Source of the DNA: SAR202 cluster bacterium bin16
GTDB lineage: Bacteria; Chloroflexota; Dehalococcoidia; Lucifugimonadales; Australimonadaceae
Assembly: GCA_002238425.1 (NCBI GenBank)
Contig: MPMJ01000010.1
Span: 4,491 to 68,490 of the forward strand
Reading direction: 5' to 3'
DNA length: 64,000 nt
Shown here: piece by piece, positions 38,457 to 47,758 of the stretch
Numbering within the stretch: the stretch's first letter is position 1
Layout: every line of letters begins with the position of its first letter
Position numbers and translations under genes: made by a program
Notes under the pieces: generated by a model
What the model was told of the DNA's origin: nothing
Seen by the model: the letters and a program-made list of their open reading frames with translations, nothing else
Databases searched by the model: none

Positions 38457-39866
38457 TTACCCTCCTCGCAGCAGACGGAGAAACGCAGTGACGTCCGGCA
38501 CCTCGTCGAGGCGCTCTGTCATGTCGATGACCTCGTCGATCGTTGCGTCGCTCACGGGCGTTCCGGCGTGGACGGCGCAGGCACGGAACTTCTGGTGCCG
38601 CTGCTCGTCCGTGAGCGGGTTGTCGCGATGGCCCGGGGCGGCGTCGACGCGCTCCGAAAGCGTTTCGCCGCCGGCGAGCGTCACCTCGACGATGCCGGAC
38701 TTGCCGAGCGATTCGTCCACCTCGTACTCGGTCACGTTGGCGATGCGCAAGCACGTCTCCTCGAACAGCCCCTGCGGCGTCGGTTGGAGGTCGGCGAGGG
38801 TCACGCTGCCGGTGGTGAGCGCTCGCGCCGTGGCGAAGATGATTGAGTCCTCTGCCTCGACGGGCGCCAGCGGGTTGCGCCGCGTCTGCAGGGGCTCGCA
38901 GAACGTTTGTATGTGAGGCTCCCCCCGCAGCAGCACGCGCCTCACGGCCGACGGATCGGACAAGCGGGACGCACGCAGCCTCGAAGCGGCCTCGATGAAG
39001 ACGTGCGCGACGCCGGTGGTGGGCCACGGCTTGATGCCCACGTTCAGCAGACGCCATTGCTCGCCGAGGCCGTCGCTCATCGCAGGACGGTCGAACACCC
39101 CACCGTAGTAGGTGGGGAAGAAGCCTGCCGCGCCCTCGAACGCATCGCAGTCGCCCAGCAAGCCCTCGCGCGCCAGCAGCACGCTCTGCATCCCGGCCTG
39201 GCAGGAGAACGCGGCGTAGATGGCCTTCGCGGGGCGTCCTTCCAGCACCGGTTGCCGTCCGCCGGACGCCTGCATGAACGCGAGGCCGAGCGCGCTGTGC
39301 GTCTCATGCGCCGAGAATCCGAGCATCCGCGACCCGCTTAGCGCCGCGGCGAAGCAACCCGGCATCTGCGTCGGCTGCGGCCTCGATTCGGTGAACGCGC
39401 CCTGTGTCGCGGTGATGGCGATGCCGATGCGCGACATCAATTCCATCCCTGCCGCCATCGAGGTCATGAACTCCCTGCCGGAGGCGCCGCCCTGCAGCTC
39501 GGCAGCCACCATCGCGGTCGGCAGCGTCACCGGCCCCAGATGGCCTGAGCCCACGGCGGTGGTGTCGTCGAAGTTCAGCGCGTGCGCCATGCCGCCGTTC
39601 AGCATCGCGGCCACGGCAGCGGGGAGCCTGTCCGGCAGGCCGATAAGCGACGCCTCCTCCACTCCGCCTGCCTTGCGCGCCCACGCGAGCAGTTCCGGTA
39701 TGCCGATGCCGAGCGTATTGGCCGCGATGGAAGTCGCGAGCGTGTCCAGCGTGATCGAGCGGACCGTGCGGCGCACGCTGTCCGGCAGATCGTCGTACGT
39801 CAGCTCCGCGCCGAACCGGGCCCACACCGAAGTCAGCTCTTCCACGCCTGCGTCTCGTGTCGTCAT
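38457..39866 (-). CDS. MmgE/PrpD family protein
   Basis: I trimmed the ORF to the ATG at 39864-39866, 6 nt after AAGGAG. The protein starts MTTRDAGVEELTSVWARFGAELTYDDLPDSVRRTVRSITLDTLA, a typical PrpD-family N-terminus. Confidence 0.85.
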   Translation of the reverse strand: MTTRDAGVEELTSVWARFGAELTYDDLPDSVRRTVRSITLDTLATSIAANTLGIGIPELLAWARKAGGVEEASLIGLPDRLPAAVAAMLNGGMAHALNFDDTTAVGSGHLGPVTLPTAMVAAELQGGASGREFMTSMAAGMELMSRIGIAITATQGAFTESRPQPTQMPGCFAAALSGSRMLGFSAHETHSALGLAFMQASGGRQPVLEGRPAKAIYAAFSCQAGMQSVLLAREGLLGDCDAFEGAAGFFPTYYGGVFDRPAMSDGLGEQWRLLNVGIKPWPTTGVAHVFIEAASRLRASRLSDPSAVRRVLLRGEPHIQTFCEPLQTRRNPLAPVEAEDSIIFATARALTTGSVTLADLQPTPQGLFEETCLRIANVTEYEVDESLGKSGIVEVTLAGGETLSERVDAAPGHRDNPLTDEQRHQKFRACAVHAGTPVSDATIDEVIDMTERLDEVPDVTAFLRLLRGG

Positions 39867-40001
39867 TCCACGCTCCTTCCGGCTCACCGGCGGTGTGCAT
39901 TATGACGGCTTACGGTGCAGGGCTGCACCCCCAGGCGAGCCGCTCGATCACGAGCGTCGCGTAGCCAGGAGGGACAGGGACCCCCTCGCGTCCGCGGGTA
40001 G

Positions 40002-40007
40002 TAGCAT
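40002..40007 (+). promoter_or_regulatory. -10-like TAGCAT, 6 nt before the ATG at 40014
   Basis: Judged on position only; no SD is present. Confidence 0.25.
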
Positions 40008-40013
40008 GGCCTC

Positions 40014-40739
40014 ATGCGAACGCTCATCGTCAGCGACGTGCACAGCAACCTCACCGCGCTCGACGCCGTGCTCGCGGCGGCCGAGGCGGAGGGCCCCCTG
40101 GACGCCGTGTGGTGCCTGGGCGACATCGTTGGGTACGGGCCGTGGCCGCTCGAGACTGTCCGGCGCATCCGCTCATTCGATGCGGTCTGCATCCAGGGCA
40201 ACCACGACGCCGGAGCGATCGGGCGCATCAGCCTGGATACGTTCAACCACGCCGCGGGGGAGGCGTGCCGGTGGAACGGGGCGCAGCTGGACGAGGACGC
40301 GCGGTCGTTCCTGCAGGGTCTTCCCGACACCGTGGCCGTCGCCGGTTTCACGCTCGTTCACGGCACGCCGAGGGACCCGCTCTGGGAGTATTTAACCGGC
40401 CATGCCGACGCCGTTGCAGCGCTGGCAAGCATCGACACCCGCGACGTGCTCGTCGGCCACACGCACCACCAGTTCGCGTTCGAGGACGGGCGCGGCGCGG
40501 CATTGCCGGGGCCGGGCGGGCTCACCGTGACGCGGGACGGCGGGCGTCTCGTCGTGAATCCGGGGAGCGTGGGGCAGCCCCGCGACCACGACCCGCGCGC
40601 CGCCTTTGCCGTCTACGACAGCGAGGTGGATGCGCTATCGCTGCGCCGGGCTGCGTACGACTTCGCCGCGACGCAGCGCGCGATGGAGCAGGTCGGTCTG
40701 CCGGAGCCGCTCATCTCACGTCTGAGCGCGGGGCGTTGA
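40014..40739 (+). CDS. metallophosphoesterase family protein
   Basis: It starts MRTLIVSDVHSN and has GDIVGYGP, GNHD and GHTH motifs. Confidence 0.8.
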   Translation: MRTLIVSDVHSNLTALDAVLAAAEAEGPLDAVWCLGDIVGYGPWPLETVRRIRSFDAVCIQGNHDAGAIGRISLDTFNHAAGEACRWNGAQLDEDARSFLQGLPDTVAVAGFTLVHGTPRDPLWEYLTGHADAVAALASIDTRDVLVGHTHHQFAFEDGRGAALPGPGGLTVTRDGGRLVVNPGSVGQPRDHDPRAAFAVYDSEVDALSLRRAAYDFAATQRAMEQVGLPEPLISRLSAGR

Positions 40740-40821
40740 CCTGCACCCCTTCCGTAGCCCTTGACTCGGTGATAGACTCTGTAGGCTTATACCGTCCAAT
40801 CATTGGAGGCGACAACTTCTC

Positions 40822-41073
40822 ATGCTCCGAATCCGACTGCGCCGAGTAGGCAAGAAGAAGCAGCCGAGCTACCGCATCGTGGTGGCTGACGTGCGGTCGC
40901 CTCGCGACGGCAGGTTCGTCGACCAGGTTGGACACTACAACCCGCTGACCGACCCGCCCACGGTCGTGGTCAACGAGGAGAAGGCCCGGCACTGGCTCGG
41001 GGTCGGCGCGAAGCCCACGGACACCGTTCAGCGCATCCTCCAGACGCAAGGAGTCGTCGAGAAAGCGGGGTAA
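40822..41073 (+). CDS. rpsP: 30S ribosomal protein S16
   Basis: MLRIRLRRVGKKKQPSYRIVVAD... Confidence 0.95.
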   Translation: MLRIRLRRVGKKKQPSYRIVVADVRSPRDGRFVDQVGHYNPLTDPPTVVVNEEKARHWLGVGAKPTDTVQRILQTQGVVEKAG

Positions 41074-41076
41074 TCC

Positions 41077-41304
41077 ATGAAGGAACTGGTGGAATACATC
41101 GCCAGGGCCATCGCCACTCATCCCGACGACGTGAAAGTCACCGAGGAGGAAGAGGACGGCCAGCTCATCCTCAAGCTGGAAGTCCATCCTGACGACAAGG
41201 GGAAGGTGATCGGGAGACAGGGCCGCGTGGCGCAGGCGATGCGCGTGCTGCTCCGCGTCGCTGCCATCAAGGAAGGCACCCGCACCAGCCTGGAGATCGT
41301 CTGA
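41077..41304 (+). CDS. KH domain RNA-binding protein (YlqC/UPF0109)
   Basis: 75 aa with VIGRQGRVAQAMRVLL (GxxG KH motif), located between rpsP and rimM. Confidence 0.85.
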   Translation: MKELVEYIARAIATHPDDVKVTEEEEDGQLILKLEVHPDDKGKVIGRQGRVAQAMRVLLRVAAIKEGTRTSLEIV

Positions 41305-41313
41305 TCCCGCCTC

Positions 41314-41925
41314 GTGCCGACAACCTCCGGCAACACGTTCCAGAACCAGCCTGACAACCTCGTCGCCGTCGGCGTCGTCCTCCGCGCGCACGGCAGCGAT
41401 GGCCGTGTCCGCGTTCAACCGGAGACCGACAACCCGCAACGCTTCCGCAAGGGGGCCCGTCTCCTCGCGGGCGAGCGGGAACTCCACGTCGAACGCGTAC
41501 AGCTGATGCCCGGCGGCTCCCTGCTCCTGCGCTTCGCGGGCATCGCCGCACGTGATGACGCTGCGGCCCTGCAGGGAGAGACGCTCTACGTGCCGGCGGA
41601 TGAGGCGCCGGATGCCCCGCCCGGCACGTACTACCACTACCAGCTCGTCGGCATGAGCGTCGAGGACGAGACCGGCGAGCGCCTGGGCACGCTCACCGAG
41701 ATCATCGCCACGGGAGCGAACGACGTGTACGTCGTCACCGGGGAGAGCGCGGAACTGCTCCTCCCTGCGGTGGCGGACGTGGTCGTGAGCGTTGACGTCG
41801 GTACCAACACCATGACCGCCGCCGTGCCGGAGGGGCTGGCCTGGCGCGCCCTGAACCCGCCGCGCGAGAAGAAGAAGCCGCGTCGACGCGCGGCGCGCAG
41901 GCCGAAACCCACGCCTGGCGGGTAG
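41314..41925 (+). CDS. rimM: 16S rRNA processing protein RimM
   Basis: GTG start. It has VAVGVVLRAHGSDGRVRVQPETDNPQRF and a PRC-barrel C-terminus, plus a basic tail. Confidence 0.85.
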   Translation: MPTTSGNTFQNQPDNLVAVGVVLRAHGSDGRVRVQPETDNPQRFRKGARLLAGERELHVERVQLMPGGSLLLRFAGIAARDDAAALQGETLYVPADEAPDAPPGTYYHYQLVGMSVEDETGERLGTLTEIIATGANDVYVVTGESAELLLPAVADVVVSVDVGTNTMTAAVPEGLAWRALNPPREKKKPRRRAARRPKPTPGG

Positions 41926-41987
41926 AACGCAGGCGCGGTTTTGTCCTATCCTGATTCCGTCCAACCCATGTGAGAGGAGTCCCAAGT

Positions 41988-42749
41988 ATGTCCGGTCACT
42001 CCAAGTGGTCCACCATCAAGCACAAGAAAGCCGCGCTGGACGCGAAGAAAGGCGCGCTCTTCACCAAGCTCGCCCGTGACATCGCCGTCGCCGCGCGTGA
42101 AGGCGGCAGCGGCGACCCCAACATGAACTTCCGGCTGCGCCTGATGATGGACAAGGCCCGCGCCGCCAACATGCCCGCCGACAACGTCGACCGCGCCGTC
42201 AAGAAGGGACTCGGCATCGGGGGCGACGGCATCTCGTTCGAGGAGATCGTCTACGAGGGCTACGCCCCCGGCGGGGCCGCCATCATGGTCAAGGCCCTCA
42301 CCGACAACCGCAACCGCACCGCCTCCAACATGCGCGCCGTCTTCTCGCGCGGCGGCGGCAACCTCGGCGAGGCTGGCTCCGTCGCCTGGATGTTTGAGAG
42401 CAAGTCCGTCGTCACCGTCGAGGAAGTATCCGAGGAGCAGGCGGAGGAGATCGCGCTCGCCGCCATTGACGCCGGCGCGGAGGACTTCAAGGTGGAGGAC
42501 GGCGTCCTGGAGATCACCGGCGCCCCCAACGGGCTGGAGCCCATAGCCGCCGCCGTCAAGGAGGCCGGCGTCGAGCCCGCCCAGGCCACCGTCACCATGG
42601 TCCCCTCCAACACCGTCGAACTGGACAGTGGGCACGCCGGACAGACCCTGCGACTGCTCGACAACATCGAGGACCTGGAGGACATCCAACAGGTCTTCAC
42701 CAACGCCAACTTCACGGACGAGGCGCTCGAGAAGTACAGCAGCGCCTAG
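41988..42749 (+). CDS. yebC: YebC/PmpR family transcriptional regulator
   Basis: I trimmed the ORF to the ATG at 41988, 8 nt after GAGAGGAG. The protein starts MSGHSKWSTIKHKKAALDAKKG. Confidence 0.9.
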   Translation: MSGHSKWSTIKHKKAALDAKKGALFTKLARDIAVAAREGGSGDPNMNFRLRLMMDKARAANMPADNVDRAVKKGLGIGGDGISFEEIVYEGYAPGGAAIMVKALTDNRNRTASNMRAVFSRGGGNLGEAGSVAWMFESKSVVTVEEVSEEQAEEIALAAIDAGAEDFKVEDGVLEITGAPNGLEPIAAAVKEAGVEPAQATVTMVPSNTVELDSGHAGQTLRLLDNIEDLEDIQQVFTNANFTDEALEKYSSA

Positions 42750-42905
42750 CCCACCCCGCAGCCTCCGCTCAGCATAGAAGAGAGGTTACCGAGACCGTCG
42801 GCCCCGGTCCCAAGCCGATGCAGCAGCGCTCCGCTGCGTAGCAACACCCTGCCCGGTGAGTTCGCCCTATCCCAGCCTGCCCATGGGTGCAAGCGACCCT
42901 ATGGG

Positions 42906-42934
42906 TTGATTAGGTACTCTAGAACTAGTATGTT
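42906..42934 (+). promoter_or_regulatory. sigma70-like promoter TTGATT-17-TATGTT
   Basis: It lies in an AT-rich patch about 50 nt upstream of the RCC1-like gene start. Confidence 0.4.
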
Positions 42935-42985
42935 CATCAATGCTATCCTACCTATCGGGAGCATTGCCCCGTACTTGTATGTGCT

Positions 42986-45499
42986 TTGGCACCAGTCCGT
43001 TCAGCATCATTTCTACTGTTATGCATCAGCCTAGTTGTACTGATATGCGGGTGCGGTGACGTCTCGGCCTCATCCGTGAAGGGAATTCCCGAGGCTCCGC
43101 CAACGCCTACTTCGCTTCCTACGCCGACTCCAACGCTTACGCCCACGCCTACCAGTACGCCTGTACCAACCACTAAGCCTCTTCCTACGCCTACTCCCAC
43201 GCCGACCGTCACGCCTACTCCAACCCCGGCTACACCTCCTACCCCTACACCCACTCGCGTCCCAACTCCTACGCCTACCATCATGCCGACGCCCACCCCA
43301 ACCCCTATGCCTACGGCAACGCCTCGGCCCCCGTTCGATGCAACTCCACCTGGGCCACCGCCGACTCCCAGCCACGGGCGAAGGTCGAATCCGACCTCCA
43401 CGCCCACTCCCACGGCGACCCCGACCCCAACGTCCACGCCTACGCCCACACCTACTCCTACGTCAACCCCCACACCTACGCCTACCGCTACTCCCACACC
43501 TACCGCTACTCCGACGCCCACGCCTACGCCGACCCCCACGCCGACACCAATCCCGATGCCGATCGTAGAAGGGTCGAAGCATGGTGTTGGAGCGGGCGGG
43601 CTCCACTCCTGCGCGCTGGAGGCTGACGGCACGCCGGTCTGTTGGGGTGACGACGGAGCCGGTCAAGCATCGCCTCCTGCAGGCACGACACTGGCTACCC
43701 TGAGCGCCGGTTCAAGCCATAGCTGCGGGCTCAAGGCGGACGGCTCACCCGTCTGCTGGGGAGAGGACGACAGCGGACAGGCCTCCCCTCCCTCCGACAA
43801 GACGTTTGTCACTATCAGCGCCGGGTTCATCCATACCTGTGCACTGGAGAGCGATGGCACACCGGTCTGCTGGGGTGACGACGAGAAAGGGCAGTCGTCG
43901 CCTCCCGCAGGGTCGGCATTCACCGCGATCAGCGCAGGGGAGACTCACACCTGCGCCCTTACTGCTACTGGTACCGCTGTCTGTTGGGGCGGCGTGGACA
44001 ACGACCATGGCCAGGTATCGCCACCGGGGGACACCACCTTCATTGCGATAAACGCAGGCTACCTCCATACCTGTGGCATCAAGTCGGACGGTCCCATCGC
44101 CTGCTGGGGGTTGGATAACAAGAATCAGGTGTCCGGTGTTCCTACGGGCCAGACGTTCGCGTCGCTCTCGGGCGGGCGGCGCCATAGCTGCGCCCTGATT
44201 TCCGACGGGACGCCAGTCTGCTGGGGCGAGGACGATGATGGCCAGTCCACTCCTCCGGCCGGTTCGAAGTTCGTTGAGATAAGCGCAGGAGAGAAGCACA
44301 CCTGCGCACTGCAGGAGGACGGCACGCCGGCTTGCTGGGGCAACGACGACTCGGGGCAATCATCGCCGTCCAGTTTGGACCCTACTCCTACCCCTACCCC
44401 TACTCCTACGCCTACGCCTACGCCTACGCCTACTCCTACACCAACGCCTACTCCTACACCAACGCCTACTCCTACACCAACGCCTACTCCTACACCAACG
44501 CCTACTCCTACACCAACGCCTACTCCTACACCAACGCCTACTCCCACACCAACGCCCAATCCTGCGCCCACACCGACTCCTACCCCTACGCCTACGCCTA
44601 CGCCCACGCCTACACCTACTCCCACGCCGACACCGACTCCAACTCCCACACCTACGCCTACCCCCACGCCTACGCCTGCGTCGACTCCGTCCTACGCCGC
44701 TATCGCAACGGGCGGTGTCCATTCGTGTGCGCTCAAATCAGACGGCTCGCCGGTCTGCTGGGGCAGCGATGGGGCGGGACAGATTACACCGCCGTCCGAT
44801 AAGACGTTCACGGCCATAACTGCGAGGGGGGCGTACACATGCGCACTCGAGCACGACGGCACGCCGGCCTGCTGGGGAGACGACGACTACGAACAATCGT
44901 CGCCGCCGTCAGACAAGACGTTCACGGCCATCAGCGCTGGGTACATCCACGCATGCGCGCTGGAGAGCAACGGCACGCCCGTCTGTTGGGGAAGCGATGA
45001 GGACAAAAGGGCATCCCCGCCGGCGAACACGACGTTCACGGCGATCAGCGGGGGTGAAACACATACGTGCGGACTGAAAGCGGACGGGAAGGTCGAGTGC
45101 TGGGGGAACGGCGACCACGATAAGTTGACACCGCCGGAGAGCGAGACGTTCAAGGCAGTGAGCGCGGGCTACCTGCACACCTGCGGCATCAAAACGGACG
45201 GCTCCATAGCCTGCTGGGGGTACTCCAGTAAATGGAACCTGTTGTCCGCGCCAGCAGGCAACACATTCGTTTCGATATCGTGCGCGAGCCGACACAGCTG
45301 CGCACTCAAGGATGACGGCACTCCAGTCTGCTGGGGCGACAATACGCATGGGCGGGCGTTGCCGCCGGAAGACTCGACGTTCATGGCGGTCGCCGCGAGC
45401 AACACGCACACCTGCGCGCTGCAAGAGGACGGCGCTCCAATCTGCTGGGGCGACGACAGCGAAGATCAGTCGTCGCCGCCGGAGGATGAGGAGTGGTGA
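42986..45499 (+). CDS. secreted/lipid-anchored protein with two 7-bladed compact RCC1-like beta-propellers separated by Pro-Thr linkers
   Basis: 837 aa, TTG start (the first in-frame start). Signal peptide is [23 protein letters not shown]. It carries 14 repeats of about 38 aa with the pattern H[ST]C[AG]L..DG.P.CWG.D..GQ..PP. Confidence 0.8.
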   Translation: MAPVRSASFLLLCISLVVLICGCGDVSASSVKGIPEAPPTPTSLPTPTPTLTPTPTSTPVPTTKPLPTPTPTPTVTPTPTPATPPTPTPTRVPTPTPTIMPTPTPTPMPTATPRPPFDATPPGPPPTPSHGRRSNPTSTPTPTATPTPTSTPTPTPTPTSTPTPTPTATPTPTATPTPTPTPTPTPTPIPMPIVEGSKHGVGAGGLHSCALEADGTPVCWGDDGAGQASPPAGTTLATLSAGSSHSCGLKADGSPVCWGEDDSGQASPPSDKTFVTISAGFIHTCALESDGTPVCWGDDEKGQSSPPAGSAFTAISAGETHTCALTATGTAVCWGGVDNDHGQVSPPGDTTFIAINAGYLHTCGIKSDGPIACWGLDNKNQVSGVPTGQTFASLSGGRRHSCALISDGTPVCWGEDDDGQSTPPAGSKFVEISAGEKHTCALQEDGTPACWGNDDSGQSSPSSLDPTPTPTPTPTPTPTPTPTPTPTPTPTPTPTPTPTPTPTPTPTPTPTPTPTPTPTPTPTPNPAPTPTPTPTPTPTPTPTPTPTPTPTPTPTPTPTPTPTPASTPSYAAIATGGVHSCALKSDGSPVCWGSDGAGQITPPSDKTFTAITARGAYTCALEHDGTPACWGDDDYEQSSPPSDKTFTAISAGYIHACALESNGTPVCWGSDEDKRASPPANTTFTAISGGETHTCGLKADGKVECWGNGDHDKLTPPESETFKAVSAGYLHTCGIKTDGSIACWGYSSKWNLLSAPAGNTFVSISCASRHSCALKDDGTPVCWGDNTHGRALPPEDSTFMAVAASNTHTCALQEDGAPICWGDDSEDQSSPPEDEEW
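43094..43561 (+). repeat. Pro-Thr-rich low-complexity coding tract (linker 1, about 156 aa)
   Basis: Degenerate CCN-ACN hexamer repeats inside the RCC1-like CDS. Confidence 0.9.
44381..44690 (+). repeat. Pro-Thr coding tract (linker 2, about 103 aa) containing a 7 x 18-bp tandem repeat at 44429-44554
   Basis: The unit CCTACTCCTACACCAACG is repeated 6 times perfectly. A seventh copy has one mismatch. Confidence 0.9.
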
Positions 45500-45708
45500 C
45501 GCTGCGAAGAGTAACCTTGACGCCTCCGAGGGCGGCTCCTAGCATCCCCCAGGCTCAGCCCCGCGAACGTGCGCACCGCGCGGTTCCCGCCGCCCGCCGG
45601 CGCCGGCCTCACGGCCCTCGGAGATACTACCCAACGGGAGGGACCCCGATGTCCGGCACTCAGGAACGATAGTGTCTCTTCCACTGCCACGAAAGCGAGT
45701 ACCTCGCC

Positions 45709-46620
45709 ATGCGTACTGTCATACTCGATACCGACCCAGGCACCGACGACGCCCTCGCGCTCATGATGGCGTTGAACTCCCCTGACCTGCGGGTAGAGGG
45801 CGTCACCACGGTCGGCGGGAATGCCAGCCTGACGGATACGACCGACAACGCGATCAGGCTGGTCGAATACCTCGACGAGGAGCGGGGCGCCATACCCGTG
45901 GCAGTCGGCGCCGACCGGCCGGTGCACGGCTCGTTCACCCATGCGTACCACGTTCACGGGGCAGGCGGGCTCGGTGTTCGGTTACCTGCCCCCACGCTGA
46001 AGCCGCACGCGATGAGCGCGGTCGAGTTCATATGCGACCGCGCCCTTCAGGCCGTGCAGCCGCTGACCGTCATCGCGCTCGGGCCGCTGACCAACGTTGC
46101 CGCTGCGCTGGGCAGTCGCCCGGACCTCGTGGATGCGCTCGCAGAGGTAGTCGTCATGGGCGGAGCGTTCGAGGCGCCGGGCAACATCACTCCGCACGCC
46201 GAGTTCAACATCCACGAGGACCCTGAAGCCGCCAACGCCGTCTTTGCTTCGGGTGTGCTAGTGACCGTCGTCGGCCTCGATGTCACTCGGCAGACGTCCA
46301 TGCATCGGCGAGACGGTCCCCGGTGGTTCGAAGGCGAGTCCAGGTCAGCCGAACTGGGCAACCGCATCCTGGCGGATCGGTTCCAGGAACGGGCCGACCT
46401 GCAGGAGTTCTACCTGCACGACCCGCTGGCCGTGGCGGCGACGATCGACCCGGACATCCTGACGTCCCGCCCGGCACAGGTTTCTGTCGTGACGGAGGGA
46501 GACGAACGAGGGCGGACCGTCGCAAGATACGGAGGCGGGACAGTGAAGGTGGCGGTCGATGTCGATGTCGAACGAGCCGTGGGAATCGTTAGGAGTCTCA
46601 TCTCCGATAGCCAAACATAG
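45709..46620 (+). CDS. nucleoside hydrolase (IUNH family)
   Basis: MRTVILDTDPGTDDALALMMAL (DxDxxxDD motif), 303 aa. Confidence 0.9.
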   Translation: MRTVILDTDPGTDDALALMMALNSPDLRVEGVTTVGGNASLTDTTDNAIRLVEYLDEERGAIPVAVGADRPVHGSFTHAYHVHGAGGLGVRLPAPTLKPHAMSAVEFICDRALQAVQPLTVIALGPLTNVAAALGSRPDLVDALAEVVVMGGAFEAPGNITPHAEFNIHEDPEAANAVFASGVLVTVVGLDVTRQTSMHRRDGPRWFEGESRSAELGNRILADRFQERADLQEFYLHDPLAVAATIDPDILTSRPAQVSVVTEGDERGRTVARYGGGTVKVAVDVDVERAVGIVRSLISDSQT

Positions 46621-46694
46621 GGAAAGCGCGACGCTACGACGGCTCGTCTACAATGGCGCCGTTCCGTCCATTGGCTCAAGCGAGAGGGGGAGTA

Positions 46695-47597
46695 ATGGCA
46701 ACCATCGCAGGCAGGTTTGGTATGTCGCATGGCCCTCAGCTCTACGTGCCGCCCGAGCTGTGGCCCAACATCCTCCGCCGAGACGACATGGGCGCCGAGA
46801 AACCGGGGATGCGTGAGCAGACCTCGGAGGCCATGATGCAGCGTCGATACGACGCGTGCATGAAAGCGATGGACACCATCCGCGCCAGGGTCGACGAGGT
46901 CGCGCCCGACACGATCGTGCTGATCGGGGACGACCAGCGAGAGAACCTGCTCGCGGACAACACGCCTCCATTCCTCGTGTACATCGGGGATGAGGCGGAC
47001 GCGAGCACCCGGGTTTCGCACTACCGCCTCGGCGACGAGTTCACCGACACGATCACGAGGTACCAGGTCGATGTCCCGCTTGCCAGGTGGACCATCGACT
47101 CGCTGCTCGATTCCGGGTTCGACCCCGCGTGGTCGACCGCCACCCGGCATGAGCAGGGACTCGGCCACGCGTTCGGCCGTCCGCTTCACACCACGAATGA
47201 CGACGCCCGCTATCGCATCGTCCCGGTCATGGTCAACACGTACTACCCGCCCACGAGTTCGCCGCGGCGGTGCGTGGACTTCGGGCGCGCGCTTGCGAAG
47301 GCCATCGAGTCGTTCGACGAGTCGCGGCGCGTCGTGGTCATCGCGTCTGGCGGGCTCTCACACATGATGATCGACGAGCAGATCGACCGTGAGTACCTCG
47401 AAGCGGTGGAAGCCCATGACATCGCCTACATGGCGGCGATGGACCCCGACGTGCTGGTCGGTGGAACGTCCGAGATTAGGAACTGGATCATCGCCGCAGC
47501 CACGAGCGACAACGCCGGGCGGGTCATCGACTACCAACCCTGTTACCGGAACCTGGCCGGCGTCGGCTGCGCGATGGCCTTCGCCGAGTGGGAGTGA
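46695..47597 (+). CDS. class III extradiol ring-cleavage dioxygenase (LigB family)
   Basis: I trimmed the ORF to the ATG at 46695 after GAGAGGGGGAG. It has MSHGPQL, GDDQRENL and ASGGLSH motifs. Confidence 0.8.
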   Translation: MATIAGRFGMSHGPQLYVPPELWPNILRRDDMGAEKPGMREQTSEAMMQRRYDACMKAMDTIRARVDEVAPDTIVLIGDDQRENLLADNTPPFLVYIGDEADASTRVSHYRLGDEFTDTITRYQVDVPLARWTIDSLLDSGFDPAWSTATRHEQGLGHAFGRPLHTTNDDARYRIVPVMVNTYYPPTSSPRRCVDFGRALAKAIESFDESRRVVVIASGGLSHMMIDEQIDREYLEAVEAHDIAYMAAMDPDVLVGGTSEIRNWIIAAATSDNAGRVIDYQPCYRNLAGVGCAMAFAEWE

Positions 47598-47652
47598 CCG
47601 AAGTGGGCCACCCAGGCCCAGCTTGCACCTGATCGCTCCTCCAACCGCTCAT

Positions 47653-47681
47653 TTGACAGCCGGGAGTCCCGGTGGTTTAGT
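47653..47681 (+). promoter_or_regulatory. candidate promoter TTGACA-17-TTTAGT
   Basis: Perfect -35 and weak -10, 78 nt upstream of the Rieske alpha ATG. Confidence 0.3.
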
Positions 47682-47758
47682 GCCTCCTATCAGGCAGATC
47701 TGCGGCAAACCTCCCGGACACCCTTCCGCCCACGCATAAGTAGAGAGGAAGAAGCGCC

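Noticed and set aside
42952-44667. Minus-strand ORFs encoding (GV)n repeats (42952..43632 and 44125..44667).
   Set aside because: They are the reverse complement of the Pro-Thr linker coding tracts of the RCC1-like gene. The plus-strand frame carries the signal peptide and the conserved repeats.
43094-44690. Short-period repeats that could superficially resemble a CRISPR array or satellite.
   Set aside because: The units are 6-18 bp with no unique spacers, are in frame and encode Pro-Thr linkers. No cas genes are present.
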